From Octopus bimaculoides (lineage: Eukaryota): a stretch of DNA of 64,000 nucleotides. Below the pieces are notes generated by a model. That model had not been told where the DNA came from. It searched no databases and was given only the letters and a program-made list of their open reading frames with translations. Position numbers and translations under genes: made by a program. The stretch covers positions 113,365,690 through 113,429,689 of the forward strand of contig NC_068982.1 in NCBI RefSeq assembly GCF_001194135.2. Reading direction: 5' to 3'. This document shows, one piece after another, positions 41,426 to 54,378 of the stretch (position 1 is its first letter; every line of letters starts with the position of its first letter).

Positions 41426-42680
41426 GAAGACACCCCTGTTTTTGGATTCAAAATATTTTGTTAAAGATTTTTCATATTTTCTTATTGTTCAGCTGTGTTG
41501 AGTAGAAAACAACAGCGTTCCTAAGTACATTAACGTGTCATGACGTTCTCAAATTCACCATTGGAATGAAATGATCGTAATAATAGTATATTTGTGGTTC
41601 ATTTTGCAGTAGGTAACAAAGGATAATTTTCAAGAGATACAGTTACTATTGCCGAATCTATTGTTTTAACTGTTAAGTGCTGGTAACTTTCATGATATAT
41701 TTACATAGAATGTAATCTGTGCATCGCTTTTGACTTGTATTTTCCTATTATTAAAAGTTCGCTATTAAATCTCGTTTTCTTACGGGTTTATGCATCGGGT
41801 AATAATTCCATCACCCAAAGTTTTCTTATCGAATTTCTTTTTCTTGAACAAGTAGATTGATATCCAGTTATCTAGTGTAGGAGTTACGCATGTATGTTAT
41901 TCTCTGTTATATGCGTGTGTGTATGCGTTAGTGTGTGTGAGTGTGCGTTAGTGTGTGTGTGTGTGTGCGTGTGTGTGTGTGTGTGCGTGTGTGTGTGTGT
42001 GTGTATGTGTGNNNNNNNNNNNNNNNNNNNNNNNNNNNNNNNNNNNNNNNNNNNNNNNNNNNNNNNNNNNNNNNNNNNNNNNNNNNNNNNNNNNNNNNNN
42101 NNNNNNNNNNNNNNNNNNNNNNNNNNNNNNNNNNNNNNNNNNNNNNNNNNNNNNNNNNNNNNNNNNNNNNNNNNNNNNNNNNNNNNNNNNNNNNNNNNNN
42201 NNNNNNNNNNNNNNNNNNNNNNNNNNNNNNNNNNNNNNNNNNNNNNNNNNNNNNNNNNNNNNNNNNNNNNNNNNNNNNNNNNNNNNNNNNNNNNNNNNNN
42301 NNNNNNNNNNNNNNNNNNNNNNNNNNNNNNNNNNNNNNNNNNNNNNNNNNNNNNNNNNNNNNNNNNNNNNNNNNNNNNNNNNNNNNNNNNNNNNNNNNNN
42401 NNNNNNNNNNNNNNNNNNNNNNNNNNNNNNNNNNNNNNNNNNNNNNNNNNNNNNNNNNNNNNNNNNNNNNNNNNNNNNNNNNNNNNNNNNNNNNNNNNNN
42501 NNNNNNNNNNNNNNNNNNNNNNNNNNNNNNNNNNNNNNNNNNNNNNNNNNNNNNNNNNNNNNNNNNNNNNNACATGCATATACATATATATACATACATG
42601 ATATTGATAATCATATTTATATATTTTTATATATATATATACATATACATATACATATATATATATACATGATATTGATA

Positions 42681-42724
<44 letters not shown>

Positions 42725-43203
42725 TTAGAAGTTATTATTTTCTACACATTCTAAAAGTGTCAATATATTCCTCTTCGAACACATTAATTTCTATCGTTCT
42801 ATTTTTCAACTCATTATTAATCAATGTTTCTACCATAACCTTCATTTAGGTAATTTTCCAGTGAACACAAGCTCTATTTTCGGTACAGCATAGAAAAATT
42901 ACTAAATATAAATGTAGTGCAAATTGATTTTCGAACAAAGTTGATAATTGATTTACAGTCATAATAACCTAACCATTATCACATCATACTGGATACTATT
43001 ATATTTGTATTTCAGGGAAAGAAATAAAGTAATAAAATAACTTAATGGAATACAAGGTGTGCTCCCTACAAATAGGGTTTGCGGCTCGATTTTAATTTAA
43101 ATTCTCTAAAGTCCACTCTCGCTCTTTCCATGTTTTTGCTTCTCTTGCTTTTGTTTATGTGTTCGAGACTCTCTCTCTCTCTCTATCTCTCTCACTCTCT
43201 TTG

Positions 43204-43216
43204 TATTATTATTTTT

Positions 43217-43275
<59 letters not shown>

Positions 43276-43292
43276 CATTATTATTATTACTA
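43204..43292. repeat. (TTA)n microsatellite
   Basis: Direct read. Confidence 0.95.
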
Positions 43293-45329
43293 TTTCTCAC
43301 TTTCACATGCATATATTAGCAGTTTTATTGGTGGCTAACTAAAATTCATCTTTGAATAAGTTTCCCACTCACACAAACACACACGCACACAGACACACAC
43401 ACATATACTTACGCGCGCGCACATACACACTTCCGAATATATCGCAAGATTTTCGTTTCAATGGGAACAATGTTTAGATGAACTGTAGCTGTATGGATAG
43501 CAGAAATTTCATCATAATCTTACACTTGTACGTCTCAACCGCTCTTTATTCAGCAGGTTACTTCTAAATGTCAAACCACCTATTGTAACCCGGTTATAGG
43601 ATGCTTCGTCTCTAAAGCTATGCTCTGCTATATGATATAAATATAACAAACAGCAATGATATCACTAAACACAAGAATAGTCTGTTTCTGTTTATGAATT
43701 AAACAGTAAAGGCACTTGGCTTTGATGACAAAGACATAAAATCTTTAATGTTTTATCCATCGGTTTTACCGGAATATGAAACTTCTCGAAAACACATAAA
43801 CTGCAATTTCTTGTAGTTTCATTTAGAATGGGAACTGTCTGGGCATATCTAAATTACAGAAATATTTTAATTACACTGTACCTGGCATTGAATTGGACGA
43901 GGAAAATGACCTATATCACGAAAATAAAGAATAATATAAGTTCTTTCTACACTTAAAGTTTGGGTAGTGGGATAACTCAGGTTAATCGGCTTAAGTAGAA
44001 ATCAACTGTCGGTTAGTCACTATTATTAATAGTGTTAACTGGAAATAGACAAAGCTTCTGTGAAGGATGTATGGTGGGAGCTTGTTGGGACCCCCGTCTT
44101 AGTGTCCTGACACTCTACTTGACCGCTCGGCAGCTAAGGAATCAGGTGTAATTTTACTGTGTTCTCAAGAGTTTGTGTGTGAAATATCAATATTAAGACG
44201 ACTGGAGTTATCAGAGTTGGAGCCCTCGTCCACCACCGCCACAAAACGGTTTGGAGTTTGGACTTCACCTAATTGTGGCTGGAGAGACAAAAATTACTAG
44301 CACTTTGTCCTTCGAGTACTCGAAAGAAGTTAATGCTGTTTCAATGAGTGTTCTGTTCTGTACACATGAAGTTCTGAGAAGAAATTCTAGCATTTGTTTT
44401 TCTTGGAAATATATCGTAAACTATTTTATTCTGCCATTTAATCCTAGGAAGAATCTTACACTTTCGAATAGAGCCGTTCTTCAATAGGGGATGAAATGCT
44501 TACTGAAAGTGTAGTTATATTGCAGTGTAGTACAAAATTAAGCCAACGTTGAGTGTGTATTTGGATACAAATGCTCATCCAATGACACTGTAACTGCGCA
44601 GTTAGTGTAACAAAAACACGGTGCTTAGCAAGCTTATCGGTAATTAATAAAATGTTTTCAAACAGATTGAATAAATTAATTGGGAATATCAATGTATTAT
44701 TGACTACTAATCGGATTTCCAAGACATGTGAGATTATTGATATTCATCTGAAAAATTCCTCTCCAAAGTGCAGGCTTGGAAAAGAATTTTCCAGATGCAG
44801 ATTCACTTTATAGAATACTAGGTTGTTCATACATTCAAGTCAACTCCTTCTGCGGCACAGTTGTTCTTTCTAGAGCTGATATAACACCAGTGCTGGCGCA
44901 GGGTTTGTCATAAAGCAAATAAGTAGAGCTGATACTACAAGACATTCTCTTCAAAATTCTAACAATTCTACTAATGCACTATTGTGTATTGGACTTTAAT
45001 CCCACAGTATAGCAACACTATAACGCAAACAATGAAACTATGACCCCTATGTGGTAATGTAACTTCCTGTAATCCTGTAAATAGCAGCCATTTCTCAACC
45101 AATTAACAATCAAACTCATTAGAAAAGAAGTATTCGGCATAATTTTTAGATATGATGTCATGATGGAAAGATCATCGACCACAGATATCTTAGCACTTAT
45201 CAGGAACTAATTAATAACTACATGAGCACACTAATCTTCAGTCTTTGTATCCATCATGCTTCATGAAGCAAACTTATTATCTCTGACAAAATCTTAGGAT
45301 TATCATCATTATACTTATGTGTGTATAAA

Positions 45330-45548
45330 ACGATTAGCTGCTAGACTCGTGAGCAAGTCAAACAAAATATTTGGCGGTATTTCGTCCAGCTCTGAACGAT
45401 ATGAGTTGACATTCCACCGAGGCCGACATTACCTTTCATCAGGGTCAATCAAATAAGTACCAGGTGAATACAAAGGCCGATATAATCGACTCGTCCTGTT
45501 CTCTAAATTTCCTGGCCTTATGCCAAAATCTGAAAGCATTATTATATT
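45330..45548 (+). mobile_element. Old family A SINE
   Basis: GGCGGTATTTCGTCC..GAGTTGACATTCCACCGAGGCCGAC..CCTTTCATC..CGATATAATCGAC..GGCCTTATGCC. Confidence 0.75.
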
Positions 45549-46849
45549 ACATGTATATGCCTATAAACAGAAATTACAAAATTCGGGAAATTTCACATTT
45601 ATTTACCATGAGAATTGTAGATCCTAAAATGTCTGCTCCTGTGAAGAAATGACGTAAGGTATTGTCGTTGGTACCAGCACATTTCCTTCTTTCTTTTCTC
45701 TCGGACGAAGAGCATGTCCCGATGCATTAACATTTTACTCATTATGGCTAATCAACTCTTGACCTCCTTTAAACTTACTCATTAAATGGCTTTGCTGACA
45801 CAGAGCACAACTATTTTTCTCGGAGTCTAGAATTTATCCTGAAGCAGTAATATTATATATATATATCTATTTTGTACAGTAATTTGAGGAGCATAAACTT
45901 ATCAATTATAGCCATAGTTACACTGCATTTATGACGTCACAATTTACTGTTTCAATCGATGTTTATCGTCTAGGTGGACATACTTACAAACTCACAAAAA
46001 ATTATATCCATATGACAAGTGATTAATTAAGTACATGAATGAATATTAAATTGATTCTATGTAATCTTTCCTTTTAAATGTTTTTAATTGTTATATACAC
46101 AGATTTTACCTATTTTAGTTATGATATCATTTTTGAAAATCTTTTATTTTATTTTTTATACAACATAACTATTGTTTATAAACAATTACCCATAAGGCGC
46201 CAAAATAAATTTCCTCTGTATCAACATCTTAGTTTTCTTAGCGTCTTGCCCCTTTAACTGGTAATTAATGTCATGATTTAAAGTCTTCCCCTACCCAGCC
46301 TCTTATTATAGACAGTTACTTTATATCCAATTTACCACTCCTAGTGTCTTCTTTCCTCCCTGAAGAAACGGTATACATATGACAATATTCATGACCATAC
46401 CTAGCCATGAGCTGTCAACTCACTCTTGTCCATTATTCAAAACAGACACAGTCTTCTAGTCTTAGATTTAGTAGTTGATAAAGAGGCAAATGAATTAGAA
46501 AGTAATTACAATCCTTTAAAGCAATATGACCCCAATAGGCTTCATGCGACTCTTGGCAGTGTAGTCTATTCTTAGCTACAATAGCGACAACATGAATTTC
46601 TTCCATCTACTTGCTCTGTTAAAATATGAGTCCGACTGGTTAAAATTCTATTTATTTATTTATGCAGCTGAAGATGCCACGGCATTTAAACTGATGTAAT
46701 GATTGTATTGTTCAATTAAATGGTGCCGCTTGAAACGGTCGTACTGCATTACTACTTGATATCCTATTGCTTATTTTGATTAAAACTGATAGAATGAGAT
46801 AAAAGAATCCAAGGCTATAAATAGTTTTCAGAACATTTATAAAGAAAAA

Positions 46850-46897
46850 GTCTAACAGCTGTTTCCGGAATATTTTATATATCACTTCATCAGAGAC
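46850..46897 (-). ncRNA. Type-I hammerhead-ribozyme-like motif with palindromic stem III (Penelope-type)
   Basis: Minus strand GTCT-CTGATGA-AGTGATATATAAAATATTCCG-GAA-ACAGCTGT-T-AGAC: stem I GTCT/AGAC, intact core, palindrome ACAGCTGT, imperfect stem II. Confidence 0.55.
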
Positions 46898-47151
46898 GGT
46901 GCGTGAAAATGTTTTGAGTATTAATCATTGTAGAGAAGATATGAAATACAGAGGGAAGTAAGAGAATGGATATAGAAGTGAGATACATAAGGATATTGTA
47001 TTTTTAGTTCCATTATTCAAGTAGAATGGTGTATATTAAGCGGTGAAAAAGTTTCTTGTACCTGGTGTGTGAGATCCAATAGTAGTTATATTTGGTCTTT
47101 CCAAGCATAGAGCCTTGTAAACATTGTTCGATCAAGGGGTTTTTAGTCTGA

Positions 47152-47185
<34 letters not shown>

Positions 47186-47198
47186 TCTTTCTTTCGTT

Positions 47199-47411
47199 TC
47201 TTTTACTTGTTTCAGTCATTTGATTGCGGCCATGCTGGAGCACCACCTTTAGTCCAACAAATCGACCCCAGGACTTATTCTTTGTAAGCCTAGTACTTAT
47301 TCTATCGGTCTCTTTTGCCGAGCCGCTAAGTTACAGGGACGCAAACACACCAGCATCGGTTGTCAAGCGATGTTGGGGGGACAAACACATACACACACAA
47401 ACACACACGCG

Positions 47412-47452
<41 letters not shown>

Positions 47453-47626
47453 NNNNNNNNNNNNNNNNNNNNNNNNNNNNNNNNNNNNNNNNNNNNNNNN
47501 NNNNNNNNNNNNNNNNNNNNNNNNNNNNNNNNNNNNNNNNNNNNNNNNNNNNNNNNNNNNNNNNNNNNNNNNNNNNNNNNNNNNNNNNNNNNNNNNNNNN
47601 NNNNNNNNNNNNNNNNNNNNNNNNNN

Positions 47627-47657
<31 letters not shown>

Positions 47658-47762
47658 AAATCCACTCACAAAGGTATAGTAAAAGACACTTGCCCAAGGT
47701 GCCGCGCAGTGGGACTGAACCCAGAACCATGTGGCTGGTAAGCAAGCTACTTACTATACAGG
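47199..47762 (-). mobile_element. tRNA-derived SINE family B with internal (CA/TA)n, spanning gap 47453-47626
   Basis: Minus-strand head ..GTAAGTAGCTTGCTTACCAGCCACATGGTTCTGGGTTCAGTCCCACTGCGCGGCACCTTGGGCAAGTG (B-box plus CCTTGGGCAAGT); 3' part ..GCTCCAGCATGGCCGCAATCAAATGACTGAAACAAGTAAAAGA. Confidence 0.85.
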
Positions 47763-48002
47763 CATGCTATATGTGTGTATATTTATGTTTATACATATAT
47801 ATTTATGTACGTTTGTATGTATGTATGTATGTATGCATGTATGTATGCATGCATGTCCACGTATGACTGTTCAATCTTTCTTTTAATCTATAGTTTATTT
47901 TCAACAAGTCACCGTCTAGATGGTTGCTGAGCTTTTTTTACTTCTATTGAAGATATTGCATTTGTGTTATTACTCGTATGTATGCATGTATGTATTATGT
48001 AT

Positions 48003-48736
48003 GTCATTATTCAGTTTTATTTCAAGATTTTTTGCCAATAGAGAAAAAGTCGGTTTCTAACCTAGATCGAAGGCTCCTTCATTGGATTTTAGGCATGAAC
48101 AACAGGTTATTTTTTATGCATATATGTATACGTGAAGTTCTGTATGTTTTGTTTTATATATGTATTCTCATGCATATACTTGCATATTTAGACATACTCA
48201 TATATACTTAAATGATAAACTTCTTGGAAAGTTTTACAAATTTTTACAGTTCCAGTGATGGTTTGCATCTTTAGCCTTCGAATCAGCTTTCTATTTTCTG
48301 GTTTGAGAAGCCTAATTTCTCAAGATTGGTATTTAGGCAGTGTGTTTACGTATCCCAGTGCCCCAATAATTACATGTATAAACCTGAAATTGTAATGTGG
48401 ATAGAGTAACTTCAGATTTCTCAATAGTTCAGCGTATGTGTTTTCTTTTTCCCTGATCTTCAGCTTTTATGTTAACATCTGCTGGGCAGCTGATTTCCAC
48501 AACTGTACAGTTTCTCTTCCCTATCCCAAATCATTATACCAGGTCTTTTGTGTTCACATTTTATTAAGATATTCAATGGAACATTCCACCAGTACTCCTT
48601 TCTATTGAGTGGATATGGCTTCCACTATACTATGGGTTCTTATTTCTTTATCCTCGTAGTTATCTTTTCGATGGATCTCGTTATACAGTGTTCTAATTAC
48701 ATCATGTCTCATTTGTAGATAATATCGTGATGACAT
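48003..48736 (-). mobile_element. Dong/R4-type retrotransposon 3' fragment, copy 2 with long 3' UTR
   Basis: Homologous to 37553-38170: MSSRYYLQMRHDVIRTLYNEI..KRPGIMIWDREEK..LNTNLEKLGFS..KFII*. The 3' UTR has AATAAA, and (TATG)n flanks both ends. Confidence 0.9.
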
Positions 48737-49546
48737 ACGTATGTATGTATGTATGTATGTATGTATGTATGCATGCATGCATGTATGTATGTTTGTGAGT
48801 ATGTATATATATTCTTGATGGGTTCCCCCACGTAATATGTAATCTGAGGTTATGATAGAAATCATTCGCTCAAAGCTGTACGGTAGACTCAAACTTCTGA
48901 CTACGTGTTTACAATGGACAACTGTTTAACCACACAGAAATACATGCACAGTGATTTAATAATTAGCTAAGTGAGACATATCCTTCTAACTTGTCTCTGT
49001 AAAACATCTTTGCTACAATTCAGAGGTTGAAACCAGTAAAATAGTAAGACATGTCTTAATATATTAACTTCAAACATCTCGTGAATAACTTTGATCAGTG
49101 ATGCAGCTTCAGTTAATGATCGGTCTCTATACCAAAATGTCAAAAGTCAAACTTTACTAAGGATTACATTGGCTCTTACCATAAGATGTATCAATTTTTA
49201 TCAGGAGTTCTAGATGTATTTATTTCTTTCTGTAGCGTATATTTCCTACTATTTATTTCACTGGATATTCCAATTTACTTTCGATGCGATTGATCAAATA
49301 TGATCAAATTACACTTAGGGTGAAAATCAAAGTTTTATTGCATTATGGATTCTCTTGTCGTATATCCTCGCCAAGATAATATAGTCTCCTTCGATTGCGA
49401 CGCCACTAAACAACAACAGCATTTTTCGCCTATAAAACCATAGGAATTTATGAGAAATATTAAATCTTTATATATTTATTCACTGATTACATTAGCATTC
49501 CTGACAAGTTTATACGCTTAGTAACTTTGAAAAATATACACATATA

Positions 49547-49673
<127 letters not shown>

Positions 49674-49789
49674 ATTCATACTTGCATATATATATGTATG
49701 TATGTATGTGTGTGTGTATGTGAGTACGTATGTTTGTCTGTCTGTATGTATGAATGTATGTACATATATTTTCTCACGCATACACGTAC

Positions 49790-49834
49790 ATAGATACATA
49801 CATACATACATACGTACATACATACATACATACA

Positions 49835-49865
<31 letters not shown>
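49790..49865. repeat. (CATA)n microsatellite
   Basis: Direct read. Confidence 0.95.
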
Positions 49866-49867
<2 letters not shown>

Positions 49868-51225
49868 CACCACGGTAATTTCCGAAAGAATTTAATTTCT
49901 GTGTATATTTCTGATTCTTTAATCTTCTAACAAGTTAACCAATAGATATGGATTTACTTCCATTTCGATTTTCTATTGATCATCTTCATTCAAAGGTAGT
50001 ATCGGTCATGTACTGGCAACGATAATGCCAATTCTGTTTGAATCTATTTTTGACTCCCTAACGCTAGACTTAGTTCGTAATTGTAAGCCCCCAACGCTTT
50101 ATGTCAAGCTGATCTGAGCTTGTTCATACAAAGTAGCCTTTATTTTCGACAAATATATTGATGCTTCTACATCGGCTCTGAATCAAAAGCTGGATTAACT
50201 TTAAGTGAAGCTATTTATACCAGTGTTGGTGCGGTATTCATAATAGTTTCTACGAGCTCTTCTTCCTTTTGGTGAAAACAATTAAGAAATATTCTCTATA
50301 CTTTATTCAGTTCCTTTCTTCTCTCCGTTATTATCTGCTGCAATTTTGAATTGAATTATTTAAATTTCTTGCTAAATTATAGAACTAATTCAACTATATG
50401 TCTACCTATTTACGTCACTTATCTAATTTAAACATGTTTTCGTTACCAACAAAACAGTGGTTAATTTTAAAACTAAAACAAATTTCGTTTGCGCATATTG
50501 TATTTTATTCTACTTGTATTTGAAAACAGTTCCAAGATATCGGCTACATTTGTTTGAGATCATTAATTCATTAAATGGTTTCAAAAACATTGATCAGAGA
50601 AAACATGGGAAAATAAAATCTGGCATTCCTATATTTGCCTTCCAGCTTGTCATTTATATACAACTCTTTATCACTTGGAAATTGAAAACACGAGCTATGC
50701 AGCATCTGTCATCACTAAACGAGATTGAAAGATATTGAAAATGGATAAATATTTAAGGTTAAAAAACATACAGAAGGAATTTACGTCGAAATGTAGCTTT
50801 AGAAAATAAAATTATATATCACGGGTTATTAGAGACCCTAACTGAAAATTGAGTGGAAGATGGATGAGTCACCCAAAGTAATGTCCATAAATTTAGACTT
50901 CTCTAGATAAAATATTTCAATGAGTATTGTCCATATTACTTTTCTTCAACAAAATCCTATAATTTTGTGTGAGAGTCTTTAAAAAATTGTTGGTCTGAAA
51001 AGCCGCCCAACGTAACATCGGGCTAGCAAGAGAGCTTGGTCAGACAACCAGGTGGAAGCATGGCTTCTATGCAGTAATTAGACATGCTAGAAAAATCTGT
51101 AAAATTGCCCTGAAATAACGCTTTCCTATCTTTAATATATATGGATTCATTTGTTAGTGTAATCTCTGAAGACACACAAAGAGGGTACGGTCATGTCAGC
51201 AATATGTTTAATCATAAGTCTGTCT

Positions 51226-51330
51226 AATCAGATAGTAGATAATCAGATAGTAGATAATCAGTTAGTAGATAATCAGATAGTAGATAATCAGATAGTAGCT
51301 AATCAGATAGTAGCTAATCAGACAGTAACT
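51226..51330. repeat. 15-bp minisatellite, 7 copies of AATCAGATAGTAG(A/C)T
   Basis: Units at 51226, 51241, 51256, 51271, 51286, 51301, 51316. Confidence 0.95.
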
Positions 51331-51869
51331 ATAATACCCGGTCCTTGGGTTCTTTTAGCGGAATGCAATATATTGCGAGTATTCTAGCTGGGACCAGAAA
51401 AGTCACCGTTAAATTAAATGAGTTCCGGTTAGAAAACTGAACATCATTAATACAGTTCTTATATTCTTTCGGCACGAACTAATTTATTTTACATCCAAAC
51501 TAATAACTTAAAGGTCAGATGATGTTTTCTTTTCTCCTTGACACTGGTTATTTACATTGGTACATAACATGTCTACTTGTTTTCTCCCTGACAATGGTAA
51601 ATAACGTGTCTATGCTATCTCATATCTGTAAGCAGCATTTACTTTACTGTCATTTCCGTATTAGAATATTTATATTAACATACAGAGAATTTACAAACTA
51701 AATTTTTTATGTTCAAAAAAGAAACAATTTGCGAAAATACTTTAACGTTCTTTCGGAAATATTTTTACAACAAACACCTTCTGATAAATCTTATTCGAAA
51801 AGGAAAAGTAAAAGTTCTATATTTAAGAGATGAGGAATTATGTACATTATTTACATTATTTACAAAATT

Positions 51870-52417
51870 TCCACTCCAATCATGAAGAAAAGAGAGGATG
51901 AAACCGATACACTGTCTACAGTCTGTCTACCCTATGCGAAAGGCCTCTCCAAAAAGGTATAAAAGGTATGCGGCCCATATGACATCAGGACAGTATTCAA
52001 GAGTAATACAACACTTCGCAAATATCTCCTTCGCGTAAAACCACCAAGAGAAGAGAATATGACCAAGAACTGCTTGTCCTCCATTCCATGCAGCTGTGAT
52101 AGGTTATACAAAGGCGAAACATGTCACCCCCTCAAAATAAGTGTAGAGGAACATCGCAAGGCTGTGACACGGGGAGATATTGATAAATCGAGTATAGCTG
52201 ATCATGTATGGAAAAATGGAAACCACCTCCCCCTGTGGGATGAAGTTAAGATAATAGACAGAGAACACCACTTCACAAATATCTATTTCGAGTACGAAAA
52301 CTAAAAGAAGCAGCACATATGCTAGGACACAACAACCTCCTAAGCAGACTGAGTGCAGCTATGAACAGCATATGAGAACCGGTATTAAAGAAGGATAGGA
52401 GAATATTAGATTTATAA
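51870..52417 (+). mobile_element. Penelope-like element 3' fragment (RT thumb/linker + GIY-YIG endonuclease), pseudogenised
   Basis: VCLPYAKGLSKKV*KVCGPYDIRTVFKSNTTLRKYLLRVK..SIPCSCDRLYKGETCHPLKISVEEHRKA..SSIADHVW..H..WDEVKIIDRE..RKLKEAAH..LLSR; terminal TAA at 52415-52417. Confidence 0.9.
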
Positions 52418-52446
52418 GCCCTAAAATTCACTCCATAATTGCCCAC

Positions 52447-52506
52447 GGGCATATGGCGTAGTGGTTAAGAGCGCGAGTTACTAACACCAAGATTCCGAGT
52501 TGGATT

Positions 52507-52566
<60 letters not shown>

Positions 52567-52604
52567 CAACAACAACATCGAAAAATAATTTAGGAATGAG
52601 AACT
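52447..52604 (+). mobile_element. tRNA-like Pol III head (A/B boxes) followed by (AAT)n(AAC)n; SINE family C
   Basis: TGGCGTAGTGG A-box, GAGTTGGATTCC near-B-box; no complete cloverleaf or acceptor stem. Confidence 0.75.
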
Positions 52605-53539
52605 CATTTGATGTTTGTTATTAAACACTTCGTCTTACAATTAGTACAAGTATAGCTTTGTAATTAAAAACATACTTCATGATCACATGATTCCGCAATC
52701 GATTCCAATAGCGCGGTAGTGCCATGGATCAGGTTGAGCTTAGCAACTGAAACTGTGTACACGGATATTGTATCATCTGATGTGATTTATTGCCTATAGT
52801 TGTTCTTGTTTTCAAGGTCAAATCCGTCACCCGGTTAAACACTATTTCTTGGTACCTTCAGTACCCTTAACAGTTTTCACTTTATTACAAGAATTTTAAC
52901 AAGCCGAATTTCCGGTTTGAGGATATTTTCCTCCTTCACTTCAACAATTATAAGTGGTCCTGCAAAATATCCCGAGTGCTGCCTTTTCATTTCATTTTAG
53001 AATATAAAACAAACGGTAGGCATTAAAAGCTATCAACACTTGATGAAATATTACAAAAATATGTTTCAGTGTTATTAATTTCTATTTACTTGCTTACACT
53101 AAATGAAACTTGATAGAGATATACTTCGAAGGTTATCCACCCGATATCTATGAAATCTACACCAGCTGAATCAATCAATGTATTTTACCTCAAAAGATAT
53201 GTGGCATTTTGCCAATGGAAAACAATCATTATTCTAGCTTTCACAAAAAGGTCAAAGCTGTCTTGACACAGAGGTAGCCGAAAATGAAGGAATCGATGGA
53301 AGTTGAAGCTCTCATTTATTTCTTAATGTGACAAGATGTCTTAGCAATTGGACTGTTCGATTTGGAAACTTAACAGAAATAATTTTTAATCACGTCCCCG
53401 TACATACATATGTACATATATACAAATAAACATATACTAGTGTACATATATATAATATATACACATATACAAGTGTATATATATAAAAGCCACACACATA
53501 CACACACACACATATATACATATAAATCTATATTTGTGT

Positions 53540-53542
<3 letters not shown>

Positions 53543-53602
<60 letters not shown>
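53543..53602. repeat. (GATA)n microsatellite
   Basis: Direct read. Confidence 0.97.
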
Positions 53603-53603
<1 letters not shown>

Positions 53604-54335
53604 AACTTACTTGGAAAAGGATGTGTGGCGTTCAATCATATAATAATATAAATAATATATATANNNNNNNNNNNNNNNNNNNNNNNNNNNNNNNNNNNNN
53701 NNNNNNNNNNNNNNNNNNNNNNNNNNNNNNNNNNNNNNNNNNNNNNNNNNNNNNNNNNNNNNNNNNNNNNNNNNNNNNNNNNNNNNNNNNNNNNNNNNNN
53801 NNNNNNNNNNNNNNNNNNNNNNNNNNNNNNNNNNNNNNNNNNNNNNNNNNNNNNTATATATATGTGCATGTATTTTTTACATTTTATCTAGTTCCAGCTC
53901 ATGAGCTGTGGTCACGCTGGGGCACCACCATTGTACATACTTACATCCATACGTATATACATATGTATATGTGGGCACAGGATGTCACTGAACATGAGAT
54001 GCAAAATACGAATACATGGAATATGAACTTGTTTTGCAGCAACGAAAGAAACAAATAGAAAGCAAGACAAGTAGCATAACGAACTCCCCTTCATCAGTTG
54101 TCAGCTGTTTTTCTAATCCGTATTTCGAGCAATTCAACGACAAGATACGCCTTCGATAAAACATACTCCCACAAAACAAATTAAATAAATTTTTGGATTT
54201 TGCGGATGGTCAAAATTCGTAACAAAAACAGGACAGTTAAAACAAACAGGAAATAAAGGTGAGGTGGTGAGCGCGAAGTAGCAAGCTTGGACAAGAGATA
54301 GACAAGAATGCGTCTGATTCGTCCAGCTGAATCAG

Positions 54336-54378
<43 letters not shown>

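Noticed and set aside
42595-42700. Repeated TACATGATATTGATAATCATAT within a TA tract
   Set aside because: Simple slippage duplication or gap-edge assembly artefact.
44311-44324. Perfect 14-bp palindrome TTCGAGTACTCGAA
   Set aside because: A few palindromes of this length are expected by chance in a window this size.
44520-44960. Possible Penelope RT C-terminal relic
   Set aside because: Similarity is too faint to distinguish from noise by eye; needs an HMM search.
51226-51330. CRISPR-like array
   Set aside because: Contiguous tandem units with no spacers, eukaryotic context, no cas genes.
52447-52510. Possible tRNA gene
   Set aside because: No acceptor stem or complete cloverleaf, mutated B-box, followed by (AAT)n; treated as a SINE head.
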